Positions 27,572 to 35,131 of a stretch of 47,140 nucleotides of DNA are shown in pieces. Within the stretch, counting starts at the first letter, position 1; every line of letters begins with the position of its first letter. The notes below the pieces were generated by a model, which ran no database searches, was not told the DNA's origin, and saw nothing but the letters and a program-made list of their open reading frames with translations. Origin of the DNA: Novosphingobium sp. (GTDB taxonomy: Bacteria > Pseudomonadota > Alphaproteobacteria > Sphingomonadales > Sphingomonadaceae); assembly GCA_035719485.1 (NCBI GenBank), contig DASTGC010000324.1:1-47140 (forward strand), in the 5' to 3' direction. Both the position numbers and the translations under genes were made by a program.

Positions 27572-28487
27572 GAACAGGAAGATCGACGAAGCCACCGGGG
27601 TCGAGACCGTCGGCCACGAATGGGACGGCATCGAGGAACTCAACAATCCGCTCCCGCGCTGGTGGGTGCTGACCTTCTACGCGACGCTCCTGTTCGCGAT
27701 CGGCTACATGGTGGTCTATCCGGCCCTGCCCGGACTCCACAGTGGTAGCGTGGGCCTGTGGAAGTGGACCAGCCGTGGACAGCTTGCGAGCGAGGTCGCC
27801 GCGGCAGACAGGGTGCGCGCCCCGCTCATTGCCGCGCTGGCGAAAACGCCGATCGAACAGTTGCCGACCAAGCCCGAGCTCATGGAGCGGGCCGTGGCCG
27901 GGGGCAGGGCCGCCTTCCGCGTCAACTGCATCCAGTGCCACGGGTCGGAAGCGCAGGGCAGCCGCGGTTATCCCAACCTAGCGGACGACGACTGGCTGTG
28001 GGGCGGCGATCTCAAGACCATCGAGACGACGATCACCCACGGCGTACGTTTTGCCGGCGATGCGCAGACCCGCCAGAGCCGTATGCCCAGCTTTGGGCGC
28101 GACGGGATCCTGACACCGGAGCAGGTCGGCGACATGGCCGACTATGTCCGCTCGCTTTCGGGAGCACAGGCGGCCAATGCGGCCACCCGGCGCGGCGCTG
28201 CCATATTCGCTGCCAACTGCGCGGTTTGCCACGGGCCCGAGGGCAGGGGCGGCCGCAAGGTCGGCGCGCCGAACCTGGCTGACCAGATCTGGCTTTACGG
28301 GGGGGCCAAGGCCGATGTCGTCGCCAGCGTCACCAATGCCCATGCAGGGGTGATGCCCGCCTGGGTCCAGCGGCTCGATCCTGTGACCATCAAGATGCTT
28401 GCCGCCTATGTCCATTCGCTGGGCGGCGGCGAGAAGTTCGACCCGGCGCTGGCTATGGCTCAGGCGCCTGCGACAGCAGCGAAATAG
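27564..28487 (+). CDS. ccoP: cbb3 oxidase subunit III (dihaem cytochrome c)
   Basis: GHEWDGIEELNNPLPRWW; CIQCH and CAVCH haem-binding motifs. Confidence 0.97.
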   Translation: MSENRKIDEATGVETVGHEWDGIEELNNPLPRWWVLTFYATLLFAIGYMVVYPALPGLHSGSVGLWKWTSRGQLASEVAAADRVRAPLIAALAKTPIEQLPTKPELMERAVAGGRAAFRVNCIQCHGSEAQGSRGYPNLADDDWLWGGDLKTIETTITHGVRFAGDAQTRQSRMPSFGRDGILTPEQVGDMADYVRSLSGAQAANAATRRGAAIFAANCAVCHGPEGRGGRKVGAPNLADQIWLYGGAKADVVASVTNAHAGVMPAWVQRLDPVTIKMLAAYVHSLGGGEKFDPALAMAQAPATAAK

Positions 28488-28566
28488 CGGGAGCAGACCC
28501 GTTACAGAGGGGCCGGCCGGTCGAGGGGGCAAGCCGGGTCTCCGCCCCACCAGAAGGTGAACCACG

Positions 28567-30024
28567 ATGCGTAACCCGGCCCCGGTTGCCACCGGGCTCT
28601 ACCTGAAGCGCAAGGCCGTCTACCCCCGCCAGATCGACGGCAAGTTCCGTCGCCTGAAATGGGCAATCATGGCAGTGACGCTGGTGATCTACTACGTCAC
28701 GCCGTGGCTCAGGTGGGACCGTGGGCCCTATGCCCCGGACCAGGCGGTGCTGGTCGACCTCGCCCACCGCCGCTTCTACATGTTCACGATCGAGATCTGG
28801 CCCCAGGAGTTCTACTTCGTGGCCGGCCTGCTGATCATGGCGGGGATCGGGCTGTTCCTGGTGACCAGCGCCGTGGGCCGGGCCTGGTGCGGCTATGCCT
28901 GCCCGCAGACGGTGTGGACCGACCTGTTCCAGCACGTCGACCGCTTCATCGACGGCGACCGCAATGCGCAGATGAAGCTGGCGGCGGCGCCATGGACGCT
29001 GCACAAGCTGGGCAAGCGCTTACTGAAGTGGTCGATCTACCTCGCGATCTCGTTCTGGACCGGCGGCGCCTGGATCATGTACTTCGCCGATGCGCCCCGG
29101 CTGACGGTCGATTTCTGGACCGGGCAGGCCGCGCCGGTGGCCTATGCCACGGTCGCCGTGCTGACCGGCGTGACCTTCTGGTTCGGCGGCTTCATGCGCG
29201 AGCAGGTGTGCATCTACATGTGCCCCTGGCCGCGCATCCAGACGGCGATGCTCGATGAGAAGAGCCTGATCGTCACCTACAAGGACTGGCGCGGCGAGCC
29301 GCGCGCATCGGTCAAGGCGACGAAGGCCGATCCAAACGGCAAGTTCGGCGACTGCATCGACTGCAACCAGTGCGTCGCGGTCTGCCCCACGGGGATCGAC
29401 ATCCGCGAGGGGCCGCAGATCGGCTGCATCACCTGCGCATTGTGCATCGACGCCTGCGACCGGGTGATGGGGCAGGTCGGCCGTCCGCGCGGGCTGATCG
29501 ACTATGCGACGCTTGAAGACGCCGCCCGCGAGCAGGCCGGCGCCCCGCCGACTTCGCACATGAAGCTGATCTGGCACCCGCGCACGCTGGCCTACTTCGG
29601 CGTGTGGTCGGCCATAGGTCTGGTGCTGCTGTTTGCGCTGGGGACCCGGCGTCACCTCGACCTGGCGGTCCAGAAGGATCGCAATCCGTCCTACATGCTG
29701 CTGACCGACGGTTCGGTCCGCAATGCCTGGACGCTCAAGCTCAAGAACATGGAAGACCGGCCCCGGACGATGCGGATCGCCTTTGCGGGACTGCCGGGCG
29801 CGGTGATGTGGACCGATACCACAGGGCGCGACGAGGCCGCAGTGAGCATCGTGCGGCAGGTGGCGGCCGATACGGTCGAACCGGTCAGAGTCTATGTCGC
29901 CGCGCCTCCGGGCGCGCACGAGGGCAAGGCGGCCTTCACCATGACCGCAATGGACAAGGAGGGCGGCACGGTCCGGGTCGAGACCCGCTTCGATGCGCCG
30001 GGCGAGGAAGGAGACGGGCAATGA
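28567..30024 (+). CDS. ccoG: cbb3 accessory protein CcoG/FixG (Fe-S copper reductase)
   Basis: GRAWCGYACPQT, CIYMCPW, CIDCNQCVAVCP, CITCALCIDAC. Confidence 0.95.
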   Translation: MRNPAPVATGLYLKRKAVYPRQIDGKFRRLKWAIMAVTLVIYYVTPWLRWDRGPYAPDQAVLVDLAHRRFYMFTIEIWPQEFYFVAGLLIMAGIGLFLVTSAVGRAWCGYACPQTVWTDLFQHVDRFIDGDRNAQMKLAAAPWTLHKLGKRLLKWSIYLAISFWTGGAWIMYFADAPRLTVDFWTGQAAPVAYATVAVLTGVTFWFGGFMREQVCIYMCPWPRIQTAMLDEKSLIVTYKDWRGEPRASVKATKADPNGKFGDCIDCNQCVAVCPTGIDIREGPQIGCITCALCIDACDRVMGQVGRPRGLIDYATLEDAAREQAGAPPTSHMKLIWHPRTLAYFGVWSAIGLVLLFALGTRRHLDLAVQKDRNPSYMLLTDGSVRNAWTLKLKNMEDRPRTMRIAFAGLPGAVMWTDTTGRDEAAVSIVRQVAADTVEPVRVYVAAPPGAHEGKAAFTMTAMDKEGGTVRVETRFDAPGEEGDGQ

Positions 30025-30482
30025 GCGCAGCCGGCAACGGTCGGGGGACCTTCACCGGGCGTCATATGGCGATGATCATGGTTTGCTTCTTTGGCGTGGT
30101 CATCGCGGTCAACGTGGCCATGGCCTGGCTGGCCAGCGCGAGCTTCACCGGGGTGGTCGTCGAGAACTCCTATGTCGCCAGCCAGAACTTCAACCGCTGG
30201 CTGGATGAGGCCCGCGACGAGGGCCGGCTGGGCTGGACAGCGCGGGCCCGGCGAGGGGACGACGGACATGTGCTGGTGACGCTTGGCGGGGTTCCCGCCG
30301 GAGCCACGCTGCGCGCCGATGCATGGCACCCGCTTGGCCGCGCGCCCGATCATGAGCTGGTCTGTGCCCCGGTTGCGGGGGGCTATCGCTCGCTGGACCC
30401 GCTGACGCCGGGCCGCTGGCGGATACGGATCGAGGTCAGGGCCGGCACCGCACGCTGGCGTACCGAGGAAATGATCGGATGA
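30021..30482 (+). CDS. ccoH: CcoH/FixH assembly protein
   Basis: MSAAGNGRGTFTGRHM...FFGVVIAVN...GVVVENSYVASQNFN; ATGA overlaps at both ends. Confidence 0.9.
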   Translation: MSAAGNGRGTFTGRHMAMIMVCFFGVVIAVNVAMAWLASASFTGVVVENSYVASQNFNRWLDEARDEGRLGWTARARRGDDGHVLVTLGGVPAGATLRADAWHPLGRAPDHELVCAPVAGGYRSLDPLTPGRWRIRIEVRAGTARWRTEEMIG

Positions 30483-32596
30483 GCGTTGCAGCCAACCGGG
30501 CCCCGGAGCAGGAGCGCACGGTACTGGTGGTCCCCGGCATGCATTGCGCGGGGTGTATGGCCAAGGTCGAGCGCGGGCTTGCCGGGATTCCCGGGGTCAG
30601 CGCGGCGCGGGTCAACCTGACGGCGCGGCAGGTTGCCGTGCTCCATGATGCCGGGGTCACCACGCCGGCGCTGGTCGATGCCCTGGCGGCCATCGGCTTT
30701 CCCGCGCAGCCACGGGTCGAGGACCTGGCGCCTCCGGCCTCGGCGGTGAAGCCGCTGCTCGCACCGCTCGGGGTGGCCGGATTTGCCGCGATGAACGTGA
30801 TGCTGCTTTCGGTCAGCATCTGGTCGGGAGCAGCTGGATCGACGCGGGAACTGTTCCACTGGTTGTCCGCGGCGATCGGTGTCCCTGCGATCGCCTATGC
30901 GGGCCGGGTATTCTTCGCCTCCGCCTGGGGCGCGCTCAAGCATGGGCATACCAACATGGACGTGCCGATCTCGATCGGGGTGACGCTGGCGACGGTACTT
31001 TCGCTCTACGAGACCGTGACCGGCGGCGCGACCGCCTGGTTCGACGGCACGCTGATGCTGCTGCTGTTCCTGCTTGTCGGCCGCACGCTCGACGCGATGA
31101 TGCGCGACCGTGCCCGCGCCGGGGTCGACGCCTTGCTGCGGCAGGCCCCGCCCGGCGCTCTGGTCGTCGGCAAGGACGGCAGCGTCGAATGGCTCGCCGC
31201 GGGCCAGCTGGTCCCGGGCATGGTCATGCGCGTTGCTGCGGGCGAACGGCTCGCGGCAGACGGCGAGATCGTCAGCGGCCAGACCCGGCTCGACCTGTCG
31301 CTGCTGACCGGCGAAAGCGCGCCCGTGGCGGCACTTGCGGGGGCAGAGGTCCACGCCGGGACGCTCAATCTCGATGCCCCGGTTGACGTGCGGGTCACCG
31401 CCGCGGGGCAGGGGACGACACTGGCCGAGATCGCGCGGCTGATGGAAGCCTCGGGCCAGGTGCGCTCGGCCCATGTGCGCATCGCCGACCGCGCGTCGCG
31501 GCTGTATGCGCCGGCGGTCCACACGTTGGCGGCGCTGTCCTTCGCCGGGTGGATGATTGCGGGGGCGGGGTTCTACAAGTCGATCGTCATCGCAATCGCC
31601 GTGCTGATCATCACCTGCCCCTGTGCCCTTGGGCTGGCCGTGCCGGTGGCGCAGGTCGTCGCTTGCGGGGCGCTGATGCGCAAGGGGGTGATGGTCAAGG
31701 ATGGCTCGGCGCTGGAGCGCATGGCCCCGATCGACCGGGTCCTGCTCGACAAGACCGGCACCCTGACGCGGGGCCGACCGGTCCCCGATCCGCTGGTGCT
31801 CGCCAGCATGGGCGCGGACGATGCTGCGGTCGCCCTCGCGCTCGCCTCGCACTCGCGCCACCCGCTGTCGCGCGCGCTGGTCGAGGCACTGTCGGTCGAA
31901 GGCGTGTCCGCCGCGACGCTGGAAGCGGTACGCGAGGAAGCCGGGGAGGGCGTCCGCGCCAGCTGGAACGGCGTCGAGGTCGCGCTGCGCCGTCCGGGTC
32001 TGGCCGGCGGCATGGCCAGCGTGCTGGACATTGCCGGTCGGCCAGCCTGGTTGATCCCTTTCGCCGATTCCCTGCGTCCCGGCGCGACGGAGGCCCTGGC
32101 CGAGCTGGCCGCGCTCGGCGCCCCGGCCTCGATCCTGTCTGGCGATAATGCCGCCGCCGTAGCCGAGGCCGCCCGAGCGACCGGGCTCGACGCCGTCGGA
32201 GAGGCGAGCCCCCAGGCCAAGCAGCAGGCCATCGCCGCGCTCCAGGCCGAAGGGCACAAGGTGCTGATGGCCGGCGACGGGCTCAACGACGGCCCGGCGC
32301 TCGCCGCAGCTGATGCCTCGATCGCCCCGGGCACGGCCAGCGATGTCGGACGGCAGGCGGCGGACTTCGTTTTTCTTGGCGAATCGCTCGCCGCCGTGCC
32401 GATCGCGATCCGTGCCAGCCGGCGGACCATGGCAGTGGTGAAGCAGAACTTTGCGCTGGCCATCGGTTACAATGTGCTCGCCGTGCCGCTGGCCATGGCG
32501 GGCAAGGTCACCCCGCTGATCGCGGCGGCGGCGATGAGCATCTCGTCGCTGATCGTCATCGGCAATTCGCTGCGGCTGGTGAGGGTGGCCAAATGA
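30479..32596 (+). CDS. ccoI: Cu-transporting P1B-type ATPase CcoI/FixI
   Basis: MHCAGC HMA motif, TGES, ITCPCALG, DKTGTLT, GDGLND. Confidence 0.95.
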   Translation: MSVAANRAPEQERTVLVVPGMHCAGCMAKVERGLAGIPGVSAARVNLTARQVAVLHDAGVTTPALVDALAAIGFPAQPRVEDLAPPASAVKPLLAPLGVAGFAAMNVMLLSVSIWSGAAGSTRELFHWLSAAIGVPAIAYAGRVFFASAWGALKHGHTNMDVPISIGVTLATVLSLYETVTGGATAWFDGTLMLLLFLLVGRTLDAMMRDRARAGVDALLRQAPPGALVVGKDGSVEWLAAGQLVPGMVMRVAAGERLAADGEIVSGQTRLDLSLLTGESAPVAALAGAEVHAGTLNLDAPVDVRVTAAGQGTTLAEIARLMEASGQVRSAHVRIADRASRLYAPAVHTLAALSFAGWMIAGAGFYKSIVIAIAVLIITCPCALGLAVPVAQVVACGALMRKGVMVKDGSALERMAPIDRVLLDKTGTLTRGRPVPDPLVLASMGADDAAVALALASHSRHPLSRALVEALSVEGVSAATLEAVREEAGEGVRASWNGVEVALRRPGLAGGMASVLDIAGRPAWLIPFADSLRPGATEALAELAALGAPASILSGDNAAAVAEAARATGLDAVGEASPQAKQQAIAALQAEGHKVLMAGDGLNDGPALAAADASIAPGTASDVGRQAADFVFLGESLAAVPIAIRASRRTMAVVKQNFALAIGYNVLAVPLAMAGKVTPLIAAAAMSISSLIVIGNSLRLVRVAK

Positions 32597-32609
32597 AAGT
32601 CATCGGACT

Positions 32610-32765
32610 GTGACCGGGCTCGCCTTGCTGATCCCGATTGCGCTGGGGCTGGGTCTGTTCGGACTTGTCGCCTTCTTCTGGGCGCTGCGGACGGGCCAGT
32701 TCGAGGACATGGACGGCGCGGCCGCGCGCATCCTGATCGACGAGGAGGGCGACGGGCTGCCATGA
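32610..32765 (+). CDS. ccoS: cbb3 assembly protein CcoS/FixS (51 aa)
   Basis: GTG start; MTGLALLIPIALGLG...FFWALRTGQFEDMDGAAARILID. Confidence 0.9.
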   Translation: MTGLALLIPIALGLGLFGLVAFFWALRTGQFEDMDGAAARILIDEEGDGLP

Positions 32766-33013
32766 ACGCCGCGCTGCTGGGCCTCGTCGCGCTGGTTCCC
32801 GCCGCCCTCAATGCTGCTCCTGCCGCCGACGCGGCTCTGGCTGTGCCGCTGTGCAGCGGTGACGGCTTGGCCCACGTGGTCTCCATTCCGCTGCCTTCGC
32901 GCGGGGTCCCGGGCGGCGAACAGCCGGGCTGCTGCGCGAAGGGCTGCCACGCCGGCCGGGGTAGGGGATCTCGCCGGAAATGCCAGGCCAGGCAAATTGA
33001 TGCGCAACAATGA
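32762..33013 (+). CDS. Small exported Cys-rich protein (83 aa), function unknown
   Basis: ATGA-coupled to ccoS; hydrophobic N-terminus, LCSGDG and CCAKGCHAG motifs. Confidence 0.65.
   Translation: MNAALLGLVALVPAALNAAPAADAALAVPLCSGDGLAHVVSIPLPSRGVPGGEQPGCCAKGCHAGRGRGSRRKCQARQIDAQQ
32997..33010. promoter_or_regulatory. FNR box upstream of hemN
   Basis: TTGAT-gcgc-AACAA, centred 41.5 bp upstream of the hemN ATG. Confidence 0.75.
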
Positions 33014-33044
33014 AGGCGGCGCCGGCGCGGGCGATAAGCGTGGC

Positions 33045-34358
33045 ATGTGGCCATACCATCCCGACCTGCTGGCCCGGCCCGTGCCGCGGTATACCAGCTT
33101 CCCCACCGCCGCGGAGTTCACCGGCGGCGTGGGCGCGGCGGATCAGGCTCACGCACTGGAGCGGGTGGAGGGCGATGTCTCGCTTTATGTGCACATCCCG
33201 TTTTGCGAGCAGATCTGCTGGTATTGCGGCTGCAACACCAGCCGGACCAACCGCGAAGCGCGGTTGACCAGCTACCTTGATGCCTTGCACCGTGAGATCG
33301 CCGTCGTCGGCCAGCGGCTGGGCAAGGGGGCACGGGTGCGGCGGATCGCGCTGGGCGGGGGCAGTCCCAACGCGATCAGCCCGCTCGCCTTCGTGCGCCT
33401 GGTCGACGCGCTCACCCTGCACATGCCGCTGGTCCAGCCGGTGCTCTCGATCGAGATCGACCCGCGCACGTTGCAACCTGACTGGGCGATGGTGCTGCGC
33501 TGTGTCGGCGTTACCCGGGCGAGCCTCGGTGTCCAGACCTTCTCCCCGCGGATCCAGCAGGCGATCGGCCGGGTGCAGTCACGCGAGATCATCGAACAGG
33601 GCACCCGGCTGTTGCGCCAAGCGGGTATTACCTCGCTCAACTACGACCTGATGTATGGCCTGCCCGGACAGCGGGAGGCGGACCTTGCCGAAAGCCTGGC
33701 CGGCGCGGTGGAGTTGGGGGCCGACCGGATCGCCCTTTTCGGTTATGCCCACGTGCCGCATCTGATCGCGCGCCAGAAGCGGATCGACGGTTCGGCCCTG
33801 CCTGACCTGGCAGAGCGTTTCCGGATGGCGTGGAACGGCTGGGAGCAACTGACCGGTGCGGGTTACCAGCCGGTGGGTTTCGATCATTTTGCCCGCCCCG
33901 GCGATGCCCTGGCCCAGGCTGCAGTGGCAGGCACGCTGCGGCGCAACTTCCAGGGCTTTACCGAAGACCAGGCGCCGGCGCTGATAGGTCTCGGCGCCTC
34001 GGCAATCAGCCAGTTTCCTGAAGTGATCGTCCAGAATGAGAAGAACACCGGGCGATACGGCATGCTGCTCTCGCAAGACCGGCTGCCAGGTGCCCTCGGC
34101 GTGCTCCGTAGCCAGGCCGACCAGGCGACCGGACTGATTATCGAGCGCCTGCTCTGCATGGGAGAGGCGCGAGTCGGCGCTGATCGGCTGGCGCCGTTGC
34201 GCGGCTTGCTTGAGCCATTCGTTGCGCGCGGGCTGGTCGACGTTTCCGCCGATGTGCTCACCATTCTCCCCGCCGGGCTGCCCTATGCGCGGACGATTGC
34301 GGCGATGTTCGATCCTTATCGTCAGGACATGGGCAGGCGGTTCAGCTCGGCGGTGTAA
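33045..34358 (+). CDS. hemN: Oxygen-independent coproporphyrinogen III oxidase
   Basis: PRYTSFPTA, LYVHIPFCEQICWYCGC radical-SAM motif, DLMYGLP, DHFARP, LRRNFQGFT. Confidence 0.93.
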   Translation: MWPYHPDLLARPVPRYTSFPTAAEFTGGVGAADQAHALERVEGDVSLYVHIPFCEQICWYCGCNTSRTNREARLTSYLDALHREIAVVGQRLGKGARVRRIALGGGSPNAISPLAFVRLVDALTLHMPLVQPVLSIEIDPRTLQPDWAMVLRCVGVTRASLGVQTFSPRIQQAIGRVQSREIIEQGTRLLRQAGITSLNYDLMYGLPGQREADLAESLAGAVELGADRIALFGYAHVPHLIARQKRIDGSALPDLAERFRMAWNGWEQLTGAGYQPVGFDHFARPGDALAQAAVAGTLRRNFQGFTEDQAPALIGLGASAISQFPEVIVQNEKNTGRYGMLLSQDRLPGALGVLRSQADQATGLIIERLLCMGEARVGADRLAPLRGLLEPFVARGLVDVSADVLTILPAGLPYARTIAAMFDPYRQDMGRRFSSAV

Positions 34359-34401
34359 ATCTCTTCGCAATCCCAGGCTGCCCTTAGCGCCCTGGTGCAG
34401 G

Positions 34402-34506
34402 CAAAAAAGTGGGCGGCCGTCCATGGAAAGCCGCCCCTTGAAGGTGGGGAGATTTGCATGAGAAAGCGGGCCGGTTGCGCTGAGCAAATGCCGGATCGCG
34501 TCCCAC
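34402..34506 (-). ncRNA. Candidate FNR-activated trans-acting sRNA (~105 nt)
   Basis: FNR box at 34540-34553, -10-like TAGCAA, 5' hairpin, single-stranded UUUCUCAUGCAAAUCUCCCCACCUU, intrinsic terminator. Confidence 0.55.
34403..34437 (-). terminator. Rho-independent terminator (minus strand)
   Basis: Minus strand GGGGCGGC-tttccatggacg-GCCGCCC-ac-TTTTTT. Confidence 0.8.
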
Positions 34507-34539
34507 GCCTCTTGCTAGACAAGGTCAGGCCCCGCCGCA

Positions 34540-34553
34540 TTGCGCGGGATCAA
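34540..34553. promoter_or_regulatory. FNR box in the hemN/response-regulator intergenic region
   Basis: Minus strand TTGAT-cccg-CGCAA, with the same half-sites as the ompW box. Confidence 0.7.
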
Positions 34554-34596
34554 AAAACCGGAAGGATGAATTTTTCGTCCGGCCCGAGCGGGCGGG

Positions 34597-34977
34597 TCAC
34601 ACCTGGCGGCTGGTGGCCTGGACGAGATGGCTGGCGATGAGTTCGGCCGGGCAGGGCTTGCCGGCGCTCTTGGCACCGGGATAGCGCGCCATCAGGCGGC
34701 CGTTGTCGGCATGACCCGAGTGGAAGATGATCGGGACCCCGAGCGCGCGCAGCGTGTCGGCCAGCGGGAAGACCTCGCCATCGGCCAGTTGGACGTCGAG
34801 AATGGCCGCATCGGGCCGATGTTCGGTAATGGCCTTCGCGCCTTCAGTGACCGTTGCGAAGGGGCCGTCAACGCAGAAGCCGAGGTCCTCGGCCATGTCG
34901 GTCAGGTCGAGCGCGACGATGAATTCATCCTCCATGATGAGGACGCGGGGCCGCTCTCGAGACCGTTCCACTCCCAT
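34597..34977 (-). CDS. Single-domain response regulator (receiver only; start uncertain)
   Basis: RVLIMEDEFIVALDL, AAILDVQL (phospho-Asp), PIIFHSGH, GKP. Confidence 0.85.
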   Translation of the reverse strand: MGVERSRERPRVLIMEDEFIVALDLTDMAEDLGFCVDGPFATVTEGAKAITEHRPDAAILDVQLADGEVFPLADTLRALGVPIIFHSGHADNGRLMARYPGAKSAGKPCPAELIASHLVQATSRQV

Positions 34978-35077
34978 CGCTTGTTCGCTGTGCAACATGT
35001 GGAACCGCAACCCACCAACAGTAACTTCAAGAACGCCCGATCAGCCCGATGCCCATAAGGTGCTGATTAAAGACTGA

Positions 35078-35102
35078 AATGCAGGAGACCGAAAGCGGTT
35101 CC
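35078..35102 (-). promoter_or_regulatory. Possible EcfG (general stress) promoter
   Basis: GGAAC-N16-CATT versus GGAAC-N16/17-CGTT, upstream of the response regulator. Confidence 0.45.
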
Positions 35103-35131
35103 CGCCTGAGTGGACAGGTTGTGATCGCCTG

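Noticed and set aside
24885-27941. 1018-aa minus-strand ORF
   Set aside because: Antisense shadow of ccoNOQP; high-GC codon bias suppresses stops on the opposite strand; no recognisable motifs.
32762-34358. Cys-rich peptide plus radical SAM enzyme as a RiPP (ranthipeptide/sactipeptide) system
   Set aside because: The enzyme is a canonical HemN (PRYTS, RRNFQG) without a SPASM or RRE domain and fits the cco context; the peptide has a signal sequence rather than a RiPP leader.
34458-34640. Plus-strand ORF with a good SD (GGGGAG-N6-ATG AGA AAG)
   Set aside because: No recognisable protein features, it overlaps the response regulator 3' end, and the terminator polarity and FNR box point to a minus-strand RNA; the SD look-alike is better explained as the complement of an anti-SD seed. 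Not fully excluded.
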